Shown here one piece after another: positions 47,470 to 57,252 of a stretch of 64,000 nt of DNA. Below the pieces are notes generated by a model. The model searched no databases, was not told the DNA's origin, and was given only the letters and a program-made list of their open reading frames with translations. The position numbers and the translations under genes are program-made. How positions within the stretch are numbered: position 1 is the first letter of the stretch; every line of letters begins with the position of its first letter. Source of the stretch: SAR202 cluster bacterium Io17-Chloro-G4 (GTDB lineage Bacteria; Chloroflexota; Dehalococcoidia; Lucifugimonadales; UBA3495); the NCBI GenBank assembly GCA_002816455.1, contig MUCR01000019.1, positions 107 to 64,106 of the forward strand, given 5' to 3'.

Positions 47470-48387
47470 TCAGTAATACAGCTTACTATCCACGATCATA
47501 ACGAGGAATAGCAAAGCCAAGTACAGGAGAGAATAGAGGTAGAGGGACCGGGCTCGGTGGGTGGAGATATCCGCTTTTAACTGCCAGGCTAATGCCACGA
47601 AGATGCCCCCGAGGACAGCCGCTGCGCCCACGTACACCCAGCCAACGGCGGATGTGGTAGCGAACACCAAACTCATGGCCACCAAGACCAGGGAGTACGT
47701 AAAGATGCTCTGGACCGTTTGCTCCCTTCCTGCCACCACAGGAAGCATGGGGATGTTGGCGGCTTCATAGTCCTTTTGGATAAGCATGGCCAAAGCCCAA
47801 AAATGAGGAGGAGTCCACAAGAAAATCACCGCAAAGAGGTACACGGCGGGCAAATCCAAGCTCCCGGTGATTGCCACCCAACCCACCACTGGCGGTATCG
47901 ATCCAGCCGCGCCGCCGATCACGATATTTTGAGTGGTGGTCCGCTTCAACCAGCGTGTGTAGACCAGAACGTAGAAAAGCGTCGCCGCCAGGGTTAGAAC
48001 CGCAGCCAGAAGGTTAACCCACGTGGCCAAAACCAAGAAAGACAATATATTCAGCATTATGCCGAAGGCCAAAGCCTTTACTGGGGAAATCCGATCGTTA
48101 GCCACCGGGCGCCGCATGGTGCGGGACATAAGTTTGTCGATGTCTTTGTCCAAGTAGTGGTTTAGAGCGTTGGCGCCCCCGGCGCCCAAGGCGCCACCGG
48201 CGCAGACCAGCAGAATTATCGATACTGATGGACCGCCCCGAGCGGCTAAAAACATGCCGCCAATGGCGGTAATGAGCAGCAGTAGGACGATTGGCGGTTT
48301 CGTTAACGCCACGTAATCGGAAATGACCCGCAGCGCCGTACTGGAGCGGTTGATTCCAGGCAGCGCTAGGCGAATTTGTTCAAGCAT
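47470..48387 (-). CDS. ctaB: Heme O synthase (protoheme IX farnesyltransferase)
   Basis: LTKP, DKDIDKLMSRTMRRP, NIVIGGAAG, WTPPHFWAL. Confidence 0.95.
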   Translation of the reverse strand: MLEQIRLALPGINRSSTALRVISDYVALTKPPIVLLLLITAIGGMFLAARGGPSVSIILLVCAGGALGAGGANALNHYLDKDIDKLMSRTMRRPVANDRISPVKALAFGIMLNILSFLVLATWVNLLAAVLTLAATLFYVLVYTRWLKRTTTQNIVIGGAAGSIPPVVGWVAITGSLDLPAVYLFAVIFLWTPPHFWALAMLIQKDYEAANIPMLPVVAGREQTVQSIFTYSLVLVAMSLVFATTSAVGWVYVGAAAVLGGIFVALAWQLKADISTHRARSLYLYSLLYLALLFLVMIVDSKLYY

Positions 48388-49375
48388 GGGCCGGTTCCTC
48401 GTTGGCTTGCCCCGAACTGGAATATGCGCCGGAAGAGGGGCTCGGTGTAAAGATTAACAGTGTTAACAGCGTGATGCTACCCCACACGGCTGTTCCCGCC
48501 CCTAGATGTAGCGCTCGGAACTCTTGGGGAAAGGTTAGCCAAATCGTGCCAGCCCCGATCATCACCTGAGCGATGAACAGAGCCCCTACGGCCATGGACG
48601 TCATTCTGATGTGTTTTGGCCAACGCCCTTTCCGGCTACCTCTTATCAGCGTAAATAGCACGAACAAACCGACAATGGCTACCAAGAACCGGTGGCCCAT
48701 GTGGATGTTGGGCAGCCGATTTTCCGGGAACAACTCCCCTTGGCACAGCGGCCACTCCGCACAAGCGAAAGTGGCGCCGGTTATTGTAACGTACGACCCG
48801 GACATGAGCAGGGCATAAACGCCCACGGCGGCAGCCAGAATAAGCAAAGGAAACCGGTCCTTGCGTCCGCCGATGCTTCTTGAGAGAGTAGTGACAAGTG
48901 GACCCCTAAAGGCAACCACCGCAAGTAATATCAAGCAGGCGAGCAAAACTTCACCCACGGCCAGGTGGGCTGACACCACCGCCCCGGGCAGTTCGTTGAG
49001 CACCGTCGACCCGCCCAACAACGCTTGTGTCACAAGCAAGACGAGAGCCACGGTGGCTGGGACCACGACCCAAGGCACCCGCCGGTAGGCGACCCAAGCT
49101 ATGATTACTGTCGCCAAAATTAAAGGGCCGACCAACAAAGAGGCGACTATCCGGTGGGAATATTCGACAATGGCTTTAGTTTCCAGGGGAGGGAAAATGC
49201 CGCCGTGGCAAAGGGGCCAATCCGGACAGCCCAATCCCGATTCGGTGACCCGGACCACGCCGCCCAAGATCACCAAAGCGAAGGCTGAGATTGCGGTGGC
49301 TAGCGTGAGACCCCGGAACCAAGGGAGAGCTCTGCCGGGGTTTGCCAGAAGCGTCTTAGGTTCGGCTAACGCCAT
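48380..49375 (-). CDS. ctaA: Heme A synthase (COX15/CtaA)
   Basis: GGVVRVTESGLGCPDWPLCHG, EYSHR, second CAEWPLC..HMGHR. Confidence 0.93.
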   Translation of the reverse strand: MALAEPKTLLANPGRALPWFRGLTLATAISAFALVILGGVVRVTESGLGCPDWPLCHGGIFPPLETKAIVEYSHRIVASLLVGPLILATVIIAWVAYRRVPWVVVPATVALVLLVTQALLGGSTVLNELPGAVVSAHLAVGEVLLACLILLAVVAFRGPLVTTLSRSIGGRKDRFPLLILAAAVGVYALLMSGSYVTITGATFACAEWPLCQGELFPENRLPNIHMGHRFLVAIVGLFVLFTLIRGSRKGRWPKHIRMTSMAVGALFIAQVMIGAGTIWLTFPQEFRALHLGAGTAVWGSITLLTLLIFTPSPSSGAYSSSGQANEEPAHA

Positions 49376-49531
49376 CTGGACTTAGGTATCCGCCGGTCAC
49401 CATTCATATTGGCGCGTATGGAATGCGCTAGGGCAGCGGAGGAAGGGTTGGAAATATTCATGTAGAAGGTGATTATCAGGCTTGATTTGAGTCGTGGTGG
49501 CAACCCAAATTGGGGCATTAGCCCGTCGAGA

Positions 49532-49560
49532 AACGTAACATAGGGGTTTCTCCTTGTCAA
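49532..49560 (-). promoter_or_regulatory. sigma70-type promoter for ctaAB
   Basis: Minus strand TTGACA-N17-TACGTT with TG before the -10. Confidence 0.55.
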
Positions 49561-49734
49561 CGAAATCCTGCGCCTGAAGACGAGTGTTTGGTGCGTCAAT
49601 TTCGAACCGTCTCACCGGTGAAGACGGGATTCTTTTATGCCCAGATGCAATCGGGGCACCGCGGCCGACGAAAATCAACCATTGATGCCACTCCGAGCAC
49701 AGCGAGGAGTCTCTTAACTAAGGTGAGCCCACGC

Positions 49735-49806
49735 ATGAGATTTCCCGACCCTGTCGAGGACTCGCGACGGAGTCGGAGCCTCGTCGCTTCGCTCTTCGGA
49801 ATGACA
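49735..49806 (-). repeat. Repeat family C copy (inverted relative to 44086-44157)
   Basis: Reverse complement matches 44086-44157 with about 6 mismatches; a partial family A copy lies at 49608-49629. Confidence 0.85.
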
Positions 49807-49909
49807 GGTTTTGATTTCTAATTTCGAAGCAATGACGAATATGTAATTAAAGCCCTGCATCGAATTCTAACGTCAAGCGGGACTAAGACCGCTAGGGCAA
49901 CTGCCGGCT

Positions 49910-50899
49910 GTGGCGACTCAGTCGCACCGGCTTGCGTCTGGTGTTATTCTGGATACTGTCATGCTGGATACGGATGCGGACCAAGCGGTCCGAGTGGGTG
50001 GTCTGGTCAAACAATTTGGGTCATTAACCGCCGTAGACAATATCTCGTTCAACGTTAAAAGCGGTGAAATTTTCGGCATACTGGGACCCAACGGCGCAGG
50101 CAAGACCACAACGCTGGAAATAATCGAAGGGCTCCTGAAGCCAACCCAAGGCAGCGTTAGCGTGCTGGGGTTGAACGTCTTCAAGGAGCCAAATCGAGTT
50201 AAGGCCAGAATCGGGGTTCAGCTTCAATCTTCCGCTTACCACGATTACCTTAAACTCAACGAAATACTAAGCCTGTTGGGCTCTTTTTACCCAAAACGCG
50301 TGTCACCTGAAAATTTGCTGGAACAGGTCGGGTTGACCGACAAAGCCGATAGCCGGGTCAACCAGCTTTCCGGAGGTCAGAAGCAAAGATTCACCGTGGC
50401 CGCCAGCCTGGTCAACGACCCGGAACTGGTCATACTGGACGAGCCCACCACCGGCTTGGACCCTCAAGCTCGCCGCAACTTGTGGTCTTTGGTTCAAGAA
50501 ATTCACCAGCGCGGGGTCACTGTGGTAATGACGACCCACTACATGGAAGAAGCCGAGGCATTGTGCCAACGCTTGGCCATCATGGACCATGGTCGGATCT
50601 TGACCATCGATACTCCAAGAAATTTGATCAACAAGTTGGACGCCGCCTACACGGTGAAACTAGTGGTGGCGAATCCTTTGACCGAGGAGCAAGTTGCATC
50701 ATTCAACGGCAGCATTGAGGTGGTCCAGGCGGCCGAAGGAAACGCATATCTGCTGCGAATGCAAAACTCGCCCAAAGCCCTAGGGACGGTTCTGGAAGAG
50801 ATCAACCGCAGCGGCATTAGCCTGGAGCACCTGGAAGTAACGCCGGTGACTCTGGAGGACGTTTTCTTGGAGTTGACCGGCAACGAGCTTCGGGACTGA
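49910..50899 (+). CDS. ABC-2 type exporter ATP-binding protein
   Basis: GPNGAGKTT, LSGGQKQR, LDEPTTGLDPQARR; alternative start 49961. Confidence 0.93.
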   Translation: MATQSHRLASGVILDTVMLDTDADQAVRVGGLVKQFGSLTAVDNISFNVKSGEIFGILGPNGAGKTTTLEIIEGLLKPTQGSVSVLGLNVFKEPNRVKARIGVQLQSSAYHDYLKLNEILSLLGSFYPKRVSPENLLEQVGLTDKADSRVNQLSGGQKQRFTVAASLVNDPELVILDEPTTGLDPQARRNLWSLVQEIHQRGVTVVMTTHYMEEAEALCQRLAIMDHGRILTIDTPRNLINKLDAAYTVKLVVANPLTEEQVASFNGSIEVVQAAEGNAYLLRMQNSPKALGTVLEEINRSGISLEHLEVTPVTLEDVFLELTGNELRD

Positions 50900-50901
50900 C
50901 C

Positions 50902-51987
50902 ATGCTCACTCTGGTTATCTCCAACCTCAAAATGCTGGCCCGTAACCGGCAAGCAACCTTCTGGGCGATTTTCTTCCCATTGCTCTTGGTGGTCGCCTTC
51001 GGCCTTTTCGATATTAACGGCGTGGGCACCGGCAACTTGACGGTGGTGGACCAGGACGGCGGACTTCGCGCCAAGCTTCTGCTGCAAAATCTGGAGCAGG
51101 TCGAGATTCTGGATTTGGAATCCCCGAACACGGAACCCCCAAACTCAGAATCCGAAGCGCGACGGGAAATAGCCGAAAAGGACTTGGATTACCTGATCAT
51201 CATTCCCCAAGGCTTTGAGAACGCCGATGCAGAAGCTGGAACCGTTACTCTGGTGTACAACTCCAGAAACCAGCAGCGGAATCAGCTAGTTGACGCCTTG
51301 GTGCGCAGCCTGGTATCGGAAAGCCAGCCCCCCGAACGTCCCCTGGCCTTGTCCCAATTGGTGGCTACTGAGGTGATTGAGGTCACCGAAGTGGACTACT
51401 TCGATGAAGTGCTTATGGGGTTGATCGGCTTGGGAATCATGACCAACTCCATCATTTCCATCGCTGTTCGAGTTAGTACCTTCCGAAACCAGTCCATCTT
51501 GAAACGGTTACTTGTGACTCCCCTGCCCATATGGAAGTACTTTGCCGGAGAAGTACTCGCCCACCTAGTGCTGGCGGCAATCCAGGTGGCGATAATTCTG
51601 GTTGTAGGGGTATTCGTTTTTGGAGCCAGCATCCACGGTAACGTTGGCTGGATTTTCGTGATTGCGTTGCTGGGGACCCTGGTGTTCCTGAACATCGGAT
51701 TTATCCTGTCGGCCTGGGCTCGGAGCCCAGCGGCAGCGTCTGGATTGGGGAATGCCGTTGCGCTGCCCATGATGTTCTTCGCCGGAGCGTTCTTCTCCAC
51801 GGCCACACTCCCTTGGGTCTTGCCCCAAGCCGCCCGGGTGCTGCCTTTAACGCCCATGTTGGAAGCTTTGCGTGACGTGGCCATAGACAGCGCTCCCTTG
51901 TGGGAGACCTGGCCTGAACTGGGCGCCCTGGGAATCTGGGTTGCGGTAACGGCTCTGGTTGCCAGTCGAGTATTCCGGTTTAGCTGA
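50902..51987 (+). CDS. ABC-2 type exporter permease
   Basis: FWAIFFPLL, extracellular loop, ILKRLLVTPL, six TM helices. Confidence 0.92.
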   Translation: MLTLVISNLKMLARNRQATFWAIFFPLLLVVAFGLFDINGVGTGNLTVVDQDGGLRAKLLLQNLEQVEILDLESPNTEPPNSESEARREIAEKDLDYLIIIPQGFENADAEAGTVTLVYNSRNQQRNQLVDALVRSLVSESQPPERPLALSQLVATEVIEVTEVDYFDEVLMGLIGLGIMTNSIISIAVRVSTFRNQSILKRLLVTPLPIWKYFAGEVLAHLVLAAIQVAIILVVGVFVFGASIHGNVGWIFVIALLGTLVFLNIGFILSAWARSPAAASGLGNAVALPMMFFAGAFFSTATLPWVLPQAARVLPLTPMLEALRDVAIDSAPLWETWPELGALGIWVAVTALVASRVFRFS

Positions 51988-52030
51988 TGAAATAATCTGT
52001 ATGCGAAGGCACTTGGCTGTGGACAAGGCA

Positions 52031-52384
52031 ATGAGTCCTACTGCTCGCCGCCTTTGGCGTGTAGGGTTCCTGGCCTTGGCCTTAATGCTGGCCCTGGTAG
52101 TCGCTTGCGGAGCTGGCTCTTCGGATGCGGGGAACATCGAAACGGACCCCCAAAGCTCTCAAGTCCGGGGCAGAGTGCTGGAGGTCGTGGGCCGCAACAT
52201 CGTCGAGTTGGAAACCTTGCGCATTCGCGACGAATCCGGCAAAGAGTGGACCTTCGGTGCAGCAGAGGGCTTTATTGGTCTCAGTCCTTCCCACCTGCGG
52301 GAGCACAAATTGCTGGGCGAATCCGTCTTGGTTACTTACGTCATCCAAGGCAACGAATTGATCGCTGTGGATATTACCGATTAA
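52031..52384 (+). CDS. Small lipoprotein, possible OB-fold with an HxxxH motif
   Basis: Lipobox VVAC; VRGRVLEV..PSHLREH..VLVTY. Confidence 0.65.
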   Translation: MSPTARRLWRVGFLALALMLALVVACGAGSSDAGNIETDPQSSQVRGRVLEVVGRNIVELETLRIRDESGKEWTFGAAEGFIGLSPSHLREHKLLGESVLVTYVIQGNELIAVDITD

Positions 52385-52393
52385 TCCGCAAGC

Positions 52394-53350
52394 CTATCCG
52401 GAAATCAGCTCCCTCAATGATTCTTCGAGCTCCTCCAAAGTGGCGAACGCCTCGAACTTGCTGTGCATCAAACCGTCTTTGTTGATAATGAAAGTCCAAG
52501 GCTCCGTGGGCAGGTTCCATTCGGTCACCGAGGCGACAAAGCCACCGGATGGGCGGCTACCTTCGATTAAATGAGGGTCGGCGAACACCTCTACGTGTAT
52601 GAAGTTGGCATCATCGGAGTAGAGCTCTTTCAGTTGTGAAATAATCTCGACTTGCGGTCCGCACGCAGCCGAAACACAGAATGCAGGTGTGGCAAAGACC
52701 ACAACCAGCGGTTCGTCTTCCGCCAAGGCTTCGTCAATCGACAGCCGGTACAAGTCCGGGTCCGGGACTGCCGAGCTGGTAATGGTGGATAGGTCTTCCA
52801 CATCCTCCCCTTTTAAGGTCACGCTGGCTGGAACGGGATTACCGATTCCGGGAGTGTTGGATTGGGCCCGGACAGCAAAGTTGGCAATGGCCGTAACCGG
52901 AGCGCCGTCGGGGCCTGTTGTTCTCACGCGGAGGGCCCAACATTCGGCGGATTGCACCGTGCATTCGCCGACCTGATTGAAGTTCAGCGTGGCTGCAAAC
53001 ACTCCCTGTTGGCCCACCGGCCACTGTATGAATCGGGCATTAGCCTCATCTTGCACAGTGCCTTGGGTCTGGCTGCTTGGTATGAAAATAGCTTCCACCG
53101 CGGCTTCCTCGGCGCGCAGCGGCATACCTTTACGGTCGAGCAGTCCAAATACCACCCGGTTTTCTCCCAACGATAAGTCCGTGGTCACGATTAGCGCACT
53201 GAATTCCGGTCCGGCGGGAAGGGGTGTGCTTGTCGGAGAAGAAGAGCAGGCTAGGGCCACCGCCAACACCAGCATTGCCACAATGGGCCAAAGCCGCCGC
53301 GCCCTAATTAGGACCGTCGTAACTGCTGCTGTGCTCATGAGTTTTCGCAT
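52394..53350 (-). CDS. Lipoprotein with an Ig-like N-domain and a thioredoxin-like C-domain
   Basis: Lipobox ALAC; VVVFATPAFCVSAACGP, FIHVEV, WNLPTEPWTFIINKDG. Confidence 0.8.
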   Translation of the reverse strand: MRKLMSTAAVTTVLIRARRLWPIVAMLVLAVALACSSSPTSTPLPAGPEFSALIVTTDLSLGENRVVFGLLDRKGMPLRAEEAAVEAIFIPSSQTQGTVQDEANARFIQWPVGQQGVFAATLNFNQVGECTVQSAECWALRVRTTGPDGAPVTAIANFAVRAQSNTPGIGNPVPASVTLKGEDVEDLSTITSSAVPDPDLYRLSIDEALAEDEPLVVVFATPAFCVSAACGPQVEIISQLKELYSDDANFIHVEVFADPHLIEGSRPSGGFVASVTEWNLPTEPWTFIINKDGLMHSKFEAFATLEELEESLRELISG

Positions 53351-53401
53351 GGACTTTGATACTCCGGTTTATCTGGTTCTGAATGGGTTACGCTGCCTAG
53401 T

Positions 53402-54196
53402 CTAATAGTGGATGCCCCGGCCAGCCCCTCCCTCCACGGCGATGGTCTGCCCCGTGATGGCGCTGGCTCTAACGGACACCAGGAATAACACCAAATCGGC
53501 GATGTCTTCCGGCTCCACCATCCGTCCGATGGGAATTCCAGCCACGGCCCGCCGCTCGGCTTCTTCAATGGTCACGCTGGCGTCCTTGGCCTGCCTCTGC
53601 AAAATCATATCCTGCCGGGGTGTTCTGGTTGTGCCTGGGTGGATGCAATTAACCAATATCCCGTCTTTGGCCACTTGGTCCGACAGGTTCTTGGCGATGT
53701 TGGACACGGCGGAATTGGTGACGCCGTTGCTGTTGGTGATGGCGTTAACGTTTCTGGCGGCAATGCCACCTATGTTGATAATCCGGCCACCGCCACGGTT
53801 GATCATGTGGGGAATCGCTTCCCGGGAGCAGCGGACGTAACCCATCACTTTTACGTTGATGTGGTTTAGCCAGTCCTCGTCGGCCAGTTCCATAAAGGGA
53901 GCCGCTACCGAGTTAACAGCATTGTTGATTAAGATGTCCACGCCGCCCAATTCGGCCACGGTGGATGAAATCAGGTTCTTAATGTCGTCCGCATTGCCCA
54001 TGTCGGCGCGAACGGCCAATACTTTCCTGCCGGTTTGAGCGCGAATCTTGGTCGCCGCATGCTCCAATTCTTCCATCCCCCGGGCGCATATAGCGACGTC
54101 AGAGCCCTCACGGGCCAAAGCCAGGGCTGTGGTCCGGCCAATGCCTTTACTGCCGCCGGTGACTATTGAAATCTTGCCGCTCAGACCCAATTCCAT
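53402..54196 (-). CDS. SDR family oxidoreductase (catalytic Tyr/Lys not evident)
   Basis: TGGSKGIG, INNA, ILVNCIHPG; NGVTN where YxxxK is expected. Confidence 0.9.
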   Translation of the reverse strand: MELGLSGKISIVTGGSKGIGRTTALALAREGSDVAICARGMEELEHAATKIRAQTGRKVLAVRADMGNADDIKNLISSTVAELGGVDILINNAVNSVAAPFMELADEDWLNHINVKVMGYVRCSREAIPHMINRGGGRIINIGGIAARNVNAITNSNGVTNSAVSNIAKNLSDQVAKDGILVNCIHPGTTRTPRQDMILQRQAKDASVTIEEAERRAVAGIPIGRMVEPEDIADLVLFLVSVRASAITGQTIAVEGGAGRGIHY

Positions 54197-54245
54197 GCTG
54201 ATATGCTCCTGCGGTTCTTGTCCCGCTTAACGCTAGTTAGCGCTG

Positions 54246-55583
54246 TTAAGGTTTGGTCCCCACCGCACAATGAAAAGGCAAGGCGATAAAAAAAGTTCCC
54301 TCAGCCTGAGCCCGCGTCACCGCCGACCGCCACTCTTCAGCTTCTTCTGGGTTGAGGCTGGGGAGTATGCCCGTCTGCAACATTTGCAAACGAGGACCGC
54401 CGTCAAACGACCCAACGTAGGGGAACATCTTGATATTGGAGAGCCCTAAACGGTTGAAACGCCGGTAGAGGTCCGAATCGTCGCATCCCTCTGGATGGCC
54501 TCTGTCCGTCACCCAAGGGGGAGACTCGATCTTGGTTTTTAGCGCCTCCCCCAGGGGCAGGTTAATCCATCTATGCATGTCGTGGGCGTGGCCCAGAACC
54601 GCCACCCGGCCTCCGGGCTTGGTGACCCGGACCATTTCAGCGAGCAGCTTTTCCGCATTCAGGCGTTGGATCACGGTGCTGGAAATGGCCAAGTCAAAAC
54701 TGGCGTCAGGAAAGGGCAATGCTTCGCCGCTGCCCTCTTTGAATTCCACTAAGTCTCCCATACCCTCTTTGGCCACCAGCGCCGCCGCCTCTTTGAGGAA
54801 ATAGGGATTGACGTCCACGCCCACGATCTTGTTGCGTCCTTCCGTCCGCTGGGCCATCCAGCGGTCAAGCACCCCTGTGCCGCAACCCACTTCCAGAATC
54901 GACTCGCCGGGCCGCAACTCGGCTTCTTCCAAGAGGCTGCGCAGACCGCCCAAGTAGCCGGGCGTTCGTCCTCGGCCCTCCAAGCTGCCGACCATACCCA
55001 GCTCAGCGCCGCCCAAGGCGATGACGCAATAGCTACCGGTGAGTCTGGCCATGACGGGCTCCCACTGGGAGGGAGCGGCGCTCAGCGGAAAGAGAACCAA
55101 GGGAGGGCCGGTACCCCGAATTTGGTAGCTGATTCCTGCTACCTCCCCACAGCCTTCGTCTAATTCCACGGTTGGAGTTTGATGCAACCGGCCCATTTGG
55201 TCCAAGAATTCAATCAGTCCGGAGGCGATGTCCTCCGGGCGCTCGGCGGCCACATCGGCGTATGTGTTGGGGCTGGGATACCCGGATAGAGTGATGCTCT
55301 TAAGATCTCTAATCCCAGATATAGTCTGTCCCACCGTTTCGGCGTCTCCGCCGCTATCGCCTAAAAACACTAAAAGCCCGGAAGCCACTGAACTTACAAC
55401 CGCCGGGTCGAAACCCAACGGGCATACCAGAGCTAAGGACGAAATAAATTCGGGAAAAGTCTCCGCCAGCCCTGTCCAATCCGGAGCGTTCCTGGCGCCA
55501 AAGTGGGCTTTGGATATACCCAAGTGGAGTAGAAGCTGAGAAACACGTTCTTCTGTTGAGGGTTCTGCTTTAAAGATTGTCAT
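54246..55583 (-). CDS. Class I SAM methyltransferase with an N-terminal degenerate alpha/beta-hydrolase-like region
   Basis: ILEVGCGTG, ALPFPDASFD, EMVRVTKPGG; N-part ISYQIRGTGPPLVL. Confidence 0.8.
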   Translation of the reverse strand: MTIFKAEPSTEERVSQLLLHLGISKAHFGARNAPDWTGLAETFPEFISSLALVCPLGFDPAVVSSVASGLLVFLGDSGGDAETVGQTISGIRDLKSITLSGYPSPNTYADVAAERPEDIASGLIEFLDQMGRLHQTPTVELDEGCGEVAGISYQIRGTGPPLVLFPLSAAPSQWEPVMARLTGSYCVIALGGAELGMVGSLEGRGRTPGYLGGLRSLLEEAELRPGESILEVGCGTGVLDRWMAQRTEGRNKIVGVDVNPYFLKEAAALVAKEGMGDLVEFKEGSGEALPFPDASFDLAISSTVIQRLNAEKLLAEMVRVTKPGGRVAVLGHAHDMHRWINLPLGEALKTKIESPPWVTDRGHPEGCDDSDLYRRFNRLGLSNIKMFPYVGSFDGGPRLQMLQTGILPSLNPEEAEEWRSAVTRAQAEGTFFIALPFHCAVGTKP

Positions 55584-55596
55584 AACCGTAAGCGAC

Positions 55597-57000
55597 CTAG
55601 GGGCCTACGCAAGCTTTTATCAACGTTTTAGCGGTCGGCTGGGATTCCAAGCCAGCAACCCCATCTACGATGGATTCCAGCCGGCCCACAGGCCAGTTCA
55701 GGCCGCCGAACAAGTCTCGGATGCGCTCGGTTTCGGTGGCCATGTCCCACTTCAGTTCGTCTCCACCGAATTCTCCTTGATGCTGGGCGCCGTCTCGCAT
55801 TACCACGGTAATTCGCGGGGCGAAGGAACCCCGGTCCTTTTCGCCCACCACCTTGACCCTCTGCATCAAGTCGGCAACCTGCTGGTCTTCGGGAGACGTA
55901 GGGTCGCCGGGGTCTATCCGGTCCCTCAATGGTGGGTAGCCGCCGTGGACACAGGTGTAGGCGGTGAAATAATGGGTGCTGCCAACGCCGGGCGCTCCCC
56001 TCTGAGGGTTGGGGAAAGCCGGCGAAGGATAGAGGGTTTCCAGCCAGTTCATGTCCACCGTGATGCTTTCGATCTCAGCGGTCGGCATGTCGTGGGAGGC
56101 TCGTAACTGGGTCATGAGCTCGATGACCGGGCAATTGTAACCAGCTGTCGGATATATCTTGGGCGTAACGTGCATGAGTTCCCAGCGCTCTCCCAATTCC
56201 GACACCACGTTATCAAAGTTAGTCTGTAGCGGGCCGCCGAATGAGTAAGTCAGCTCGCCCTTGTTATTCCCGGTAAAGGCGTTGTAAAAGCCGGCTTCGC
56301 CCTCCAATGCCATCTCCGACCCGCGCAGGTTTTCCTTGGCCAGCAGGGCTGCCATGATGCCGTTGCGGGTGGCGTTGGGCTCGTGGTACATCATCTCCCG
56401 GCCACCGCCCCTGGGACCCTCGGTAGTGCCGCCGGTGAAGGTACAAGCGAGAGCCAGGGCAGTCACCATCTGGTCTTCGTCCAGGCCGGTCAGCATCCCG
56501 GTGGCCACGGCCGCGCCCAATGTCCCGTAAACCGGGCTGGAGCGGAAGCCTCTCGCTTGGGTGGTGGGAATAAAATCTCCGGCTATCCGGGCCTCGACCT
56601 CATAGGCTGCGGCCAAGGCCGTGATTAGTTGCCGGCCATCCGCGCCGCCCAATTCGGCTGCCGCCAAGGCAGCCGGAATCACGCAAGGGCCGGGGTGAAT
56701 CAACATCCGGTAGGAATCGGTCTGATTGGTGGCGTGCATGAGCTTGCTGTTGGCGAAGGCTGCGCCCGAGCGGGTCACCTTCGCGCCGTCCACCAAAATC
56801 GTCGCCCCGTCGGCCTTGGCCTCCTCTTCCTTGACCAATGCGATGGCCGCCTTTCCGTGACTGGTGTTGGCCCCTACGATGGAAATAATCAAGGCATGGA
56901 GCAATGACGCCTTAATCTTGTCCACCACGGCAGGCGGCAAGTCACCATAAACCAGAGGGCAAATGTACTTGGCAAAAGTTCTAGTTAGAGAATCGGCCAC
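55597..57000 (-). CDS. MmgE/PrpD family protein
   Basis: YGDLPPAVVDK, HPGPCVIPAALA, AYEVEARI, LEGEAGF, KIYPT. Confidence 0.88.
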   Translation of the reverse strand: MADSLTRTFAKYICPLVYGDLPPAVVDKIKASLLHALIISIVGANTSHGKAAIALVKEEEAKADGATILVDGAKVTRSGAAFANSKLMHATNQTDSYRMLIHPGPCVIPAALAAAELGGADGRQLITALAAAYEVEARIAGDFIPTTQARGFRSSPVYGTLGAAVATGMLTGLDEDQMVTALALACTFTGGTTEGPRGGGREMMYHEPNATRNGIMAALLAKENLRGSEMALEGEAGFYNAFTGNNKGELTYSFGGPLQTNFDNVVSELGERWELMHVTPKIYPTAGYNCPVIELMTQLRASHDMPTAEIESITVDMNWLETLYPSPAFPNPQRGAPGVGSTHYFTAYTCVHGGYPPLRDRIDPGDPTSPEDQQVADLMQRVKVVGEKDRGSFAPRITVVMRDGAQHQGEFGGDELKWDMATETERIRDLFGGLNWPVGRLESIVDGVAGLESQPTAKTLIKACVGP

Positions 57001-57131
57001 GTTCGTACTCCAGATGGGGCTCGGGCATCAGAGACCATGGAAACCCACTGGTGGGAGAGTTTTCCATCTTGGTTTTGCCGGATATTGCGGGAGCAATATT
57101 CCGGCGGTTGAGGCTGAGTCAGTCAGGGGAG

Positions 57132-57160
57132 ATTGTATGCGTAAGGCGTGGCCGGGTCAA
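57132..57160 (-). promoter_or_regulatory. sigma70-type promoter for the PrpD-family operon
   Basis: Minus strand TTGACC-N17-TACAAT. Confidence 0.6.
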
Positions 57161-57252
57161 TGTGGGGGGATGGCACGCGCTCGACGGCTTGCCGTTGTTT
57201 GGCTATGGCAGTCCATGCCGTTGACCGCCCCACCTCTTCTTGGCGCATACGT

